From assembly GCA_963757925.1 (NCBI GenBank), contig CAVWTE010000004.1, positions 46,909 to 110,908 of the forward strand: a DNA stretch of 64,000 nucleotides, read 5' to 3'. Origin of the DNA: an uncultured Actinomycetota bacterium. Its GTDB lineage: Bacteria; Actinomycetota; Thermoleophilia; Solirubrobacterales; Solirubrobacteraceae. Within the stretch, counting starts at the first letter, position 1. Every line of letters begins with the position of its first letter. The notes under the pieces were generated by a model. It searched no databases. It saw nothing but the letters and a program-made list of their open reading frames with translations, and was not told where the DNA came from. Positions 30,390 to 39,582 of the stretch are shown piece by piece. The position numbers and the translations under genes were made by a program.

Positions 30390-30511
30390 CGAAGGAGCGC
30401 GCGCGGTCGGGCGTCCACCAGGTGGCGGGCCATGTTAGCGCAAGGCCCTCTCACGGGTGCGCCATATGGCGCTCGCCCGCTGGAGATGTGGAGGAGGTGG
30501 ACAGCCGTCGC

Positions 30512-31666
30512 TCAAGCCCGTGGTGGCGCGAGCACCCGCAGATATCTTGCCCATTCCACGCCATCGGCGAGATCGAACACGTAGCGGCCGGCGGACGCCG
30601 GCACGCCGTTGGTCTTTGCGAATTCCACGAATGGATCCGGCAGGCCCAGCGCCGTATAGCTCACGCTCGATTCGAACATGAACCCGAATCCAGGACCGCC
30701 GGTGTCACCGAAGTAACCGCCGTACTGCGCGAGCGCGGTGAGGATGGTCTTCTTCCAGCGCGGCACCGAAAGCGCAGCGATCTGGGAGGCGCTCATCGCG
30801 AGCACGAAGCGGGTGCCAAGCGGCGGCGCGGCGGCTTCGCCGGGCGGACAGGCGGCGCCTCCGCCCGCAGCCGGGTAGACGTAGCGGGAGACCCACGCCT
30901 TGGCGCCGAATCGGGTGGTGCCGCGTCTGGCCGCGCATCTCAACGTGATGAACAGTGCATGGCCGATGTGTCCAGCCGCCAGTTCAGGCTCACGGATCAT
31001 GCCGGCGAGGCTGCCGAACCCGGAGGCGGTGCCGCCACTGTGCAGGCCGGGGCCATCGATGCGAGTGCGGCCACCCCACGCGGCCGTGAAGAGGCCTCCG
31101 TGAGCGCCAGGCGCTCGCGCCTGCCAGAAGTCGTACTCCCATCCACTTGGCGTCACGACCGTCATCTGGCCATCGCTGCCTCCAGCGGGTCGAGCGTCTG
31201 GCGGCATCGGTATGCGCATCCCATCGATCCGGTTGGGGCCCCACGGCTCGGTAAGACGAATGGTGTAGAGCGGATCGCCCGGCTCAGCAAAGAAGGAGGG
31301 GTGACTCCATTCTTCGTTGGGCGGGCCGCCCGCTATGAGGTTCGCCGGCAGCCCCCACGAGAGCACTTTCTGCACGATCGCCGCGGAGTCCTGGCTCACG
31401 GGCGCCCCCGCAGTGCGCTGGTTGAACGGCGAGCTTTCGCTGTAAGGCCGCCATCCAGCACCCGGGAGGCTCAAGCCACCGAGCCCGTCGAAGCCCTTTG
31501 CGCTGCCAAGCGAAGACGAGCTCGCCTCCGCGGGCGCAAGCGCCGAGGACGGAAGCAGGAGCACACTCGCCAGCCCCACGAGCACGCCGGCCAGCGCCAG
31601 TCTCCGACTCGCCGAGGCGCCGAGCGTTGAGAACGTCCAAGGTGGCCTGATCTCGCCAGGGAGCAT
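30512..31666 (-). CDS. Secreted protein of unknown function (paralog A)
   Basis: Signal-like segment; domain WRPY...SPFN, SDGQM, EYDFW, GHIGHAL, YGGY.GDTG shared with 36448-37887. Confidence 0.8.
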   Translation of the reverse strand: MLPGEIRPPWTFSTLGASASRRLALAGVLVGLASVLLLPSSALAPAEASSSSLGSAKGFDGLGGLSLPGAGWRPYSESSPFNQRTAGAPVSQDSAAIVQKVLSWGLPANLIAGGPPNEEWSHPSFFAEPGDPLYTIRLTEPWGPNRIDGMRIPMPPDARPAGGSDGQMTVVTPSGWEYDFWQARAPGAHGGLFTAAWGGRTRIDGPGLHSGGTASGFGSLAGMIREPELAAGHIGHALFITLRCAARRGTTRFGAKAWVSRYVYPAAGGGAACPPGEAAAPPLGTRFVLAMSASQIAALSVPRWKKTILTALAQYGGYFGDTGGPGFGFMFESSVSYTALGLPDPFVEFAKTNGVPASAGRYVFDLADGVEWARYLRVLAPPRA

Positions 31667-31694
31667 CTGCGCGCTACTTTAGCCTCCCCGATCG

Positions 31695-32714
31695 ATGCCG
31701 ATGCGGACCACATCTCGAAGGGAGCGCCTCGCTGCCGCGCTCAACAGGCCGCACCTGCGCGGGCTGTTGCAGCGCCTGCCGGGCTGGCGCGGCGTGCTCG
31801 CGCTCAACTATCACCGTGTCGGCGACCACACCGCCCACCCATGGGACCGCTCGCTCTGGAGCGCAAGTCAGGCACTGTTCGATAGCCAGCTGGCGGTGCT
31901 TGCCGCCGAGGCCGAGGTGATAGGGCCCGCTGACGTCGAGACCGCGCTGCGCGACGGCAGGCGCGGACGACGGGTGCTGATCACGTTCGACGACGGCTAC
32001 CGGGACAACTTCGAGATCGCATATCCGCTACTGCGCAGACATGGCCTGACGGCGACGTTCTTCCTGACGACCGGGTTCATCGACGATCCTCAGGTGGCGT
32101 GGTGGGACGAGATCGCATGGATGGCGCGCAACGGGAGCGTGGAGATGCTTGCCGGCGGGGATTGGCTGCCTGAGCCGCTGCCGCTCGACGAAGCTTCGTG
32201 CGATGCCTCCATCGGAACGCTCACAGCCCGCTACAAGACGCTGCGCAGCGATCGTACCGAGGCATTCCTCGACTATCTCGCCGTAGCTACAGGAAGCGGG
32301 CGCTACAACGGCCACGAAGCCGAGAAGATGTGGATGAGATGGGAGATGGCGCAAGAGATGGCACGCAACGGCATGACGATCGGCGGGCACACCGTCACTC
32401 ACCCCGTGCTCTCGCGCATGCCAGCCGAGTCTCAGGACGCGGAGATCGCCGGTTGCGCGCGGCGCATCGAGCAGGAGTTGGGCGAGCCGATGCGTTGGTT
32501 CGCCTATCCGGTCGGCGCCCATGACTCATTCACCGCCGAGACCCAGCGGATCCTCGAGAAGCGGGGGGTGGAGCTCGCTTTCAGCTTCTATGGCGGGTTG
32601 GCTCGCTTTACGCGCTGGAACCCGCTGGACATACCCAGAACAGAGGTCGGACAGGCATACAGCCATCGGGTGCTGCGGTCCATGCTCTGGTTCCCCGGCT
32701 TGCTTGCCCGCTAG
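31695..32714 (+). CDS. Polysaccharide deacetylase (CE4/NodB-like)
   Basis: LNYHRV, ITFDDGY, IGGHTVTHP, FAYPVG. Confidence 0.92.
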   Translation: MPMRTTSRRERLAAALNRPHLRGLLQRLPGWRGVLALNYHRVGDHTAHPWDRSLWSASQALFDSQLAVLAAEAEVIGPADVETALRDGRRGRRVLITFDDGYRDNFEIAYPLLRRHGLTATFFLTTGFIDDPQVAWWDEIAWMARNGSVEMLAGGDWLPEPLPLDEASCDASIGTLTARYKTLRSDRTEAFLDYLAVATGSGRYNGHEAEKMWMRWEMAQEMARNGMTIGGHTVTHPVLSRMPAESQDAEIAGCARRIEQELGEPMRWFAYPVGAHDSFTAETQRILEKRGVELAFSFYGGLARFTRWNPLDIPRTEVGQAYSHRVLRSMLWFPGLLAR

Positions 32715-32801
32715 CGAGAGCTCTCGAATGGCCAACTCCTCATCTCGACACGAGCCGCTGGACGTGGTCGCGGTCGCATCGTGGCCGTCGGGAAGGCGCC
32801 G

Positions 32802-34019
32802 ATGAGCGCGTCGAGGACACTACGGGTGCGGGTGCGGCGCGGATATTCGCTGCCCTTCATCGCCGATTTCGGCCAGCAGAACGCGACCTTCCTCCCGCGC
32901 CCATGGACGCCCCTGGCGCGACTGCTCTACTGGGCCGACGCCTTCGCGTTCCTTCCAGAACCCGACTACGACATCGTCCATTCCTTCAACGCGGTGCCAA
33001 TCGCTTCCGGCAGGCCCTACGTGCTCACGTTCGAGGACTTCTGCCCACGCGTGCCCGAGGACCGTCACGTGAGGTGGCTGGAGCGAGCGCTGCAGCGCGA
33101 GCTGACGCGCGAGCGCTGCGTCGCGCTGCTTGCGCTCTCGGAGTACGCGGTGCGCCAGTTTCGCCATCAGAACCGCGACTTCTCCGGCCTTGGCGCTCTG
33201 GAAGCCAAGCTCGAGGTGCGCTACCCACCCATCGCCCCGCGTCGAGCCGCCGCCAAGCAACTGGATGGGCGCGCGTTGAAGCTGCTCTTCGTCGGTCGCG
33301 ATTTCATGCGCAAGGGCGGACCCGCCGTTCTGCGCGCACACGAGCTGCTGCGTCAGCGCGGAGTGCCGGTGCAGAGCACGATCGTCTCCTCGCTGGGATG
33401 GAAGGCCGACGACGCATACGTGGATCCGCCCTCCCCAGAGCTCGTCAGGCGCGAAGTGGCGCGCCTGGACGGGGAGGGGATCGTCCACCACCGCAGCCTC
33501 GCCAACACAGAGGTCTTTCGGCTAATGGAGGAAGCCGACTTCTTCGTCTTCCCGACCCTGCACGACACGTTCGGGTTCGTTGTGCTCGAGGCGCTTGCGT
33601 GCGGCACGCCCGTGCTCGCAAGCGCGACGAACGCGCTGCCAGAGATGGTCGAGGACGGGCGATCGGGCTACCTGCTGCCGCTCGAGCTCGATGGATTGCT
33701 GGGGCGCTGGGCCTGGACCTACCGTACGCGCGAGCCGGGGTTCATCGAGGCCTACGAAGCGGCGACCCGCACGCTTGCGGACGCGATCGCCGATCGTCTG
33801 TCGGAGTGCTGGGAGTCGCGCGAGGGGTATCCCTCGCTGAGCGAGGGAGCGCTCGAGCGCATCCGCACGCGCTTTGACGTCACCGCCGCACGCGAGCGCC
33901 TGGAGGCGCTGTACGCCAGATGTGGCGAGCAGGTGCCCCGCTGGCGCAGAGCCCTCGCAGCCGCCGAAGCTCAGCGCAGGCGCAGGCGCCCTCCTCGTTC
34001 CTCCAGCACCTCGTCATAG
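32802..34019 (+). CDS. Glycosyltransferase family 4
   Basis: LLFVGRDF.RKG, DTFGFVVLEALACG. Confidence 0.9.
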   Translation: MSASRTLRVRVRRGYSLPFIADFGQQNATFLPRPWTPLARLLYWADAFAFLPEPDYDIVHSFNAVPIASGRPYVLTFEDFCPRVPEDRHVRWLERALQRELTRERCVALLALSEYAVRQFRHQNRDFSGLGALEAKLEVRYPPIAPRRAAAKQLDGRALKLLFVGRDFMRKGGPAVLRAHELLRQRGVPVQSTIVSSLGWKADDAYVDPPSPELVRREVARLDGEGIVHHRSLANTEVFRLMEEADFFVFPTLHDTFGFVVLEALACGTPVLASATNALPEMVEDGRSGYLLPLELDGLLGRWAWTYRTREPGFIEAYEAATRTLADAIADRLSECWESREGYPSLSEGALERIRTRFDVTAARERLEALYARCGEQVPRWRRALAAAEAQRRRRRPPRSSSTSS

Positions 34020-35137
34020 GCGTCTCGCAGGCGACCGGCCCACAGCTCGGCTGTGAAGCGCTCGACGAATCGGGCCTCAGCGCGCTCGCCCACCCCGCGT
34101 CGGAGCGCCTCGTCGGCCAGCAACATCTCGAGCCTTCGTGCGAGCGCGGCAGCCGACGGCGGCGCATCGATGAGAAAGCCCGTCACACCATCTTCGACGA
34201 TCTCAGGGATGCCACCCACAGCACTCGCCACGACCGGCACACGCGCGCAGGCGGCCTCCAGCAGCGCCGTCGGGAAGGCGTCCATCAGAGTCGGATGCAC
34301 CAGCACGTCCGTGGCCTCCAGCACGGCCATCACGTCATGGCGATGACCAGGCATCACGACGACAGCGCCCAGCCGACGTGCGAGCGCCTGGATTCGCTCA
34401 CGGTCCGGCCCATCCCCCAGCACGACCAGGCGCAGGCCTGGAAAGCGGGGCAGCAGCTCCTGCACCGCCTCGAAGACGACATCGTGGCCCTTGCCAGGTC
34501 GCAGCACGGTGACGGTGCTCAGCACCAGCGCGTCCGCATCGATCCCCAGCTCGCGACGCACCCGCGCGCCTGCCCCTGGCACGAGCGCGCGGGCGACGCC
34601 GTTGTGGACCGTCACGACGCGGCGCGGAACATCCCAACCAGTCTCGATGTAAGCCACTCGCGACGCCTCGGAGACGGCGACCACGCGCGCCGCGGCATGG
34701 CGCCGCACAAACGCCGCAAACCGCGCTTTGGCAAGACCTCGCCTACCGCCGTCAATGCTCGACCGATGTGTCACGAGATGGATCGTCGAGAGGGACGGCA
34801 AGCCAAGCGATCGACCTGCCATCAGGCCAAAGACGTCTGCGAGCTCCAGGTGCGTATGCAACACGTCCGGGCGCACGCGCGCCAGATGCCGGCGCACGCG
34901 CAGCACCGCACGCCGATCCAGGAGCCGGTCCACAGCCACCAGCTCCGGCTCGATTCCCTGCTCTCGCAGCCTGAGCGCCGCGGGGCTACCATCGATGTCG
35001 CGCAGATAGCCGACCGACAGCTCGATGCCCGCAGACGGGGCTCCCGCAGCCAGATCGCCCAGCAACGTCTCGGCGCCCCCCCATGTGAGCGAGTCGATCA
35101 GGACGTGGACGCGCAGCGAAGTCGCTCGGGCAGGCAC
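33971..35137 (-). CDS. Glycosyltransferase family 4
   Basis: GGAE, PDVLHTH, KGH, DAFPTALLEA, VGGIPEIV; GTG start inferred. Confidence 0.9.
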   Translation of the reverse strand: MPARATSLRVHVLIDSLTWGGAETLLGDLAAGAPSAGIELSVGYLRDIDGSPAALRLREQGIEPELVAVDRLLDRRAVLRVRRHLARVRPDVLHTHLELADVFGLMAGRSLGLPSLSTIHLVTHRSSIDGGRRGLAKARFAAFVRRHAAARVVAVSEASRVAYIETGWDVPRRVVTVHNGVARALVPGAGARVRRELGIDADALVLSTVTVLRPGKGHDVVFEAVQELLPRFPGLRLVVLGDGPDRERIQALARRLGAVVVMPGHRHDVMAVLEATDVLVHPTLMDAFPTALLEAACARVPVVASAVGGIPEIVEDGVTGFLIDAPPSAAALARRLEMLLADEALRRGVGERAEARFVERFTAELWAGRLRDAYDEVLEERGGRLRLR

Positions 35138-35227
35138 GGCGGCGCAATGATATGTGCAGGCTCCAGATCCGAGCAGCCCGACCGATACTAGGGTGACGAA
35201 GCTCCCCAAAACGAAGGCTGTCCGTCG

Positions 35228-36412
35228 ATGCGCATCGTGATCATCGAGCCATTCCCCTACGGAGGGTTGCTCCACTACTCAACTCAACTGGCGGACGCCG
35301 TTGCCAAGCGTGGCAACGACGTGGATTTGATCGTGCCCAAGCACAACGAGCTGATCGACCGACCAGGCGAGGCCAGGCGCCGCGCCATCCTGGCGCCCGA
35401 CGCACGACCGGCGCCACCGAATGCGAAGCCCGCGCAGCTGAAGATCAGGCGCGCTCGCACCGGGGCGAGGCTTGCGGCGACCTGGACCCGGATCGCGCGC
35501 GAGGTCCGCTCCTGCAGGTGCGATGCGATCCTGCTCGGGGGCAGCTTCGACATGGCTTTCAACGCCCTCGCCGGCATCGCCGTCACGCGGTCGGGCAGAC
35601 GCACGCCGATCGCACACGTCGCTCACAACGTCCGACCGATCAATCGCTGGGGCGGAGAGGAGCTGTACGTGAGCTCAGGTCCGACGATCGCTCTGCTGCG
35701 CCGCCTCTATCCGCGCTTCGACCTCGTATTCGTGCACGGTGCGAGGAGCAGGGTCGAGTTCGAGGAAGCCTGGCCGCCGACGAGGCTCGCAGTGATCCCA
35801 CACGGTGACGAGAGCCTCTTCGCCGAAGACCCGCCACCGCCGGCCAATGAGCCTCGCATCCTCTTCTTTGGCACCTGGAGCAAGATGAAGGGCCTGCCTG
35901 TCTTGATGCAGGCCTTCGACGAGCTCGTGCGGCGCAGGCCCGAGGTGCGGCTGACGATCGCCGGCCCGCCTGCACCCGAGGAGGGCGAGTCAGAGAGCGT
36001 GTTGCAGTGGGCAGCCGGCCACCGCAAGCAGGTCGAGACCCTGCCTGGCTATGTGCCGATGGAGGACGTGAAGGCGCTGTTCGCACGGGCGCGCGTGGTC
36101 GTGCTCCCGTACCTGACGGCCTATCAAAGCGGAGTCGCACACCTTGCGATGACGATGCAGCGGGCGACCGTCGCCACAGACGTCGGCGACCTTCGCGAAG
36201 CGGTCGCCGACGGTGTCTCAGGACTGGTCGTGCCTCCCCGCGACCCCGGTGCGCTCGCCGCCGCACTCGAGCGAGTTCTCAGCGACGCATCTCTCGCCGA
36301 GCGCCTGGGAGCCGCTGGCCGTCAGCGCACCCTGCAGGGCTCGAGCTGGGCCTCGGTGGCCGAGCAGGTGGAGGCGAGCCTCCACCTGCTCGGGGATTCG
36401 AGGGCACCATGA
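35228..36412 (+). CDS. Glycosyltransferase family 4
   Basis: GGLLHY, IPHG, LFFG....KG, LPY....QSGV, TDVGDL. Confidence 0.9.
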   Translation: MRIVIIEPFPYGGLLHYSTQLADAVAKRGNDVDLIVPKHNELIDRPGEARRRAILAPDARPAPPNAKPAQLKIRRARTGARLAATWTRIAREVRSCRCDAILLGGSFDMAFNALAGIAVTRSGRRTPIAHVAHNVRPINRWGGEELYVSSGPTIALLRRLYPRFDLVFVHGARSRVEFEEAWPPTRLAVIPHGDESLFAEDPPPPANEPRILFFGTWSKMKGLPVLMQAFDELVRRRPEVRLTIAGPPAPEEGESESVLQWAAGHRKQVETLPGYVPMEDVKALFARARVVVLPYLTAYQSGVAHLAMTMQRATVATDVGDLREAVADGVSGLVVPPRDPGALAAALERVLSDASLAERLGAAGRQRTLQGSSWASVAEQVEASLHLLGDSRAP

Positions 36413-36447
36413 TCATGCACCTCGACTCACTTGCCCGCCGGCTTTCA

Positions 36448-37887
36448 CTACTGGCTCGGCGGCACCAGGACGCGCAGGTACTTTTCCCATTCGACGCCGC
36501 TGGCGACGTTGAATATGTAGTGGCCGCCGGACTCAGGCACGCCGTTGGCCTTTGCGAATTCCACCAGCGGGTCGGGCAGGCCAAGAGCTGTGTAGGCGGT
36601 GCTCGATTCAAACTCAAACGCGAAGCCGGGACCGCCTGTGTCGCCGACATAGCCACCATATTCGGAGAGAGCCGTGAGAATCGTCTTCTTCCACTGTGGC
36701 ACCGCAAGCGCCTGGATCTGAGCGTTGCTCATCGCCAGCATGAAGCGCGTACCAAGTGGTGGCGCATCGGCTTCGCCAGATGGGCAGGAGGCGCCGCCGT
36801 CGCTCGCCGGATAGACATAGCTGGAGGTGCCTTTGCCTGCGATCGTGCCATTGCCGAAGCTGGTTTCGGTCGTGGCGCACTTCAGCACGATGAACAGTGC
36901 ATGGTTGATGTGACCTGCGGCGAGTTCGGGAGCGCGGATGATGCCGGCGAGGTTGCCGAAGCCGGCTGCGGTGCCTGCGCTGCCAAGGCCGTTCCCGTCG
37001 ATGCGAGTGCGCCCTCCCCAGCCGAAGGTCAGGGTGCCTCCGCCTTTCGGCGGCAGCTGCGTCTCCCAGAAGTCATACTCCCAACCTTCTGGAGTCACCA
37101 CGGTCATGTGACCATCGCTGCCCGCGGCCGGGCGCGCATCTTCCGGAATCGGGATCTGCATGCCGTTGATCTGGCTGACTCCCCACGGCTCTGTCGCGTG
37201 GAGGGTGTAAATCGGATCGTTTGGCTCCGCGAAGAAGGTCGGATGGCTCCAGTCTTCACTGGTTTCCGCGACGCCCGCGACGAGGTTTCCCGGCAGTCCC
37301 CAGCCGAGCACTTTTTTCACGACCTGTGCCGAGTCGGAGGCGACGGCGACGCCTTCGGTCGACTGGTTGAAAGGCGAACTACTGGCGTATGGCCGCCAGT
37401 CTGCGCCAGGCAGGCTCAGGCCGCCGAACCCGTCCCAGCCGGTTCCGGTGCCGGGCGCGGAGGTGGGGCTCGGTTGGAAGCCAGAAGCCGTGGAGGCGGT
37501 CGTAGAGGAGGTGCTCGACGACGTGGACGACGGCGTGGAGCTGCCGGTTGGGCTTACGACGGTCTTTGGCACCTTGCGGTATGTGCGACTCGCCTCAATA
37601 CCACTCTTGCCCCTGTGCAGCGCGATATGGGCGTCGATGCAACGCCTTGCCGCGGCGCTGCGCGCGGCTCGATGGCGGACCCTGGCCGCGCGGGCGGCGC
37701 AGAGCCTACGCACCGCAGAGCGGTGGACACGATGGTCGCGATGGGCGCGATGGACATGATGCCCGTGCCGAGTGGCTGCAGCGGCTGTATCGATGCTCGG
37801 CAACGAGAGCGCGAGCACGAAGGCCGACGTGAGGGCCAGGAAAGCTGAGGCAACCGGCAAGCGGTTGCTTGAAGATCGGGTAGGCAT
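36448..37887 (-). CDS. Secreted protein of unknown function (paralog B) with His/Arg-rich segment and Ser/Thr linker
   Basis: Signal peptide, HGHHVHRAHRDH, poly-S/T linker, then the domain shared with 30512-31666; GAAGGAG RBS. Confidence 0.85.
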   Translation of the reverse strand: MPTRSSSNRLPVASAFLALTSAFVLALSLPSIDTAAAATRHGHHVHRAHRDHRVHRSAVRRLCAARAARVRHRAARSAAARRCIDAHIALHRGKSGIEASRTYRKVPKTVVSPTGSSTPSSTSSSTSSTTASTASGFQPSPTSAPGTGTGWDGFGGLSLPGADWRPYASSSPFNQSTEGVAVASDSAQVVKKVLGWGLPGNLVAGVAETSEDWSHPTFFAEPNDPIYTLHATEPWGVSQINGMQIPIPEDARPAAGSDGHMTVVTPEGWEYDFWETQLPPKGGGTLTFGWGGRTRIDGNGLGSAGTAAGFGNLAGIIRAPELAAGHINHALFIVLKCATTETSFGNGTIAGKGTSSYVYPASDGGASCPSGEADAPPLGTRFMLAMSNAQIQALAVPQWKKTILTALSEYGGYVGDTGGPGFAFEFESSTAYTALGLPDPLVEFAKANGVPESGGHYIFNVASGVEWEKYLRVLVPPSQ

Positions 37888-37895
37888 ATTCGCGG

Positions 37896-37976
37896 CTCCT
37901 TCGGTAACTGGGCCGTCTCGAAGAGACCCCTGGCTTTGCGACCCCGCCTCGCGACGGGTGTGCCTTTGTCGGTAGC
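37896..37976 (-). promoter_or_regulatory. c-di-GMP-I (GEMM) riboswitch
   Basis: CGACAAAGGCACACCCGUC-GCGA-GGCGGGGUCGCAAAGCCAGGGGUCUC-UUCG-AGACGGCCCAGUUACCGAAGGAG: GNRA-capped P2, CGCAAAGCC junction and GUUACCGA 3' motif. Confidence 0.9.
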
Positions 37977-38135
37977 GCGCGGTCTGCGCGCTCCTTGTTC
38001 ACGCTCATCTCATCGAGCGTCTGCGCCCTGATCTGAGCGTGAGCAGGCGCGCCGGACGTTCATATGACTCCTCGCGCAGGGCGAGCGCGATCGCCACGCT
38101 CGCCCTCCTGGCCCCGATAACCGGGCCCGCGAGGC

Positions 38136-39569
38136 TCAGTGAGCCGAGGAGGATGCCGGCAGGCGCTGGGACGGCGATGCCTGCCGTCGTGCCAGTCCAA
38201 CCAGCACCGGGCCAAGCGCAAGGATGACCCAGAGCTGGCTGTTTTCCAGATCGGAGAGGAAGAAGGACGCCGCGAGGATTCCCACGAGTGCAAGGATCGA
38301 GGCCCGAGCCATCGCGGACATCTCCTCGTCGCCCTGCGCATCGAAGCGCCTGGCCGCGAGCCAGGACGCTGCCAACGAGCTACCGACTATCACCAGGAAC
38401 AGCAGCAGGCTCACCACCCCGCCTTCCACCAGCAGCTGGAGGTAGAGGCTGTGCACGACGATCTGCTTTTCGACGATCAGACTGACGTATTCGAGCGCGC
38501 CTGGCTGCAGGACGTAATGGCTCGACACCTGCGGAAACTGGCCGAGGCCGACGCCCACGAACGGGTGATCGTGAATTACCCTCAAAGCGATCGTCCATAT
38601 GTCCAGGCGCCCGCTGCCCTGGTTGGATTCCAGTATGCGAGTCCAAGCGCTCGGCTTTATCAGGAAGAAGATCACCGTGGCCAGCCCTGCGAGGACAACC
38701 ACGCCGCCGATCAGCACACGCCGCCCACGCCAGATCACCAACGCGACGAGCGCGCAGACGAGCGCCGCAATCAGCCCACCTCGCGACTCGGTGCCGGCAA
38801 GGCCGATCGCGATGATCACCGTTGCAAGCGCCAATAGCGCCCGCTGCCCCGGCGCCCGGCGGATCGCCAGGCCGCCGGCCAGCATGATCGCCGGCACCAG
38901 CACCGCCGCCAGGTAATTGGGGTCGCTGGCTCCGCCCTGAAAGCGCCCACCGGAGTCGGCGACTTCGGTCGCGGCGCCCGTCGCACCGCTGAGCCCGCCC
39001 TTCGCCGCCCCGTAGAGCACCGAGGCAACGGCCCCGAATACGAATGCCGCGGCGATCCAGCGCAGGTGTCGTCGCTCGAGTACCGCTCCGAGCAGGAGGA
39101 TGACGCTGAAGCCGCCATACGCCAGCTGCTTCAGCTGAGTGCCCGCAGCGCCGGCATCGGGCGCCCACGCGAGGGTGAGCGCCGTCCACGCGATGAAGAT
39201 CACCACCAGCGCAACGACCGCGTAGCTTTCCGCGACCGCGCCGTCGCGCCTCGCCCGGCGCCCGATCAGCAGGCCGATCCAGCAGGCGCTGACGAAGAGC
39301 AACACTCGGTTTGGATAGGCCGAGAGCGCCGAGACATGGGAGAGGAAGGAGAGCACGATCCAGGCGCAGACCGCAAGCGGCAGGCGCCACAGTGCGAGCG
39401 GCACGAAGCACATCGCCAGCAGGATCAGCATCCCGATCTTGGTGCTGTATGTGAGCGCGCCGGCATACGCGAGGACTGCTGCCAGCGCGCCGAGCGGGAC
39501 GAGCACGGAGGGGGAGCTCTTCGCTCGCACAGCCGGCGTTGCCCGAGCGGAAAGCGAGAGCAGGCTCAA
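38136..39569 (-). CDS. O-antigen ligase/Wzy-family polymerase
   Basis: DPNYLA, TESRGG, GRLDIW, HPFVGVGLG, HSLYLQLLVEGG. Confidence 0.9.
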   Translation of the reverse strand: MSLLSLSARATPAVRAKSSPSVLVPLGALAAVLAYAGALTYSTKIGMLILLAMCFVPLALWRLPLAVCAWIVLSFLSHVSALSAYPNRVLLFVSACWIGLLIGRRARRDGAVAESYAVVALVVIFIAWTALTLAWAPDAGAAGTQLKQLAYGGFSVILLLGAVLERRHLRWIAAAFVFGAVASVLYGAAKGGLSGATGAATEVADSGGRFQGGASDPNYLAAVLVPAIMLAGGLAIRRAPGQRALLALATVIIAIGLAGTESRGGLIAALVCALVALVIWRGRRVLIGGVVVLAGLATVIFFLIKPSAWTRILESNQGSGRLDIWTIALRVIHDHPFVGVGLGQFPQVSSHYVLQPGALEYVSLIVEKQIVVHSLYLQLLVEGGVVSLLLFLVIVGSSLAASWLAARRFDAQGDEEMSAMARASILALVGILAASFFLSDLENSQLWVILALGPVLVGLARRQASPSQRLPASSSAH

Positions 39570-39582
39570 GCGCCGCTCCTAC

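Noticed and set aside
36007-37848. 613-aa plus-strand ORF, and similar ORFs 28899-30584 and 30422-31630
   Set aside because: Antisense shadows of paralog B, wzx and paralog A.
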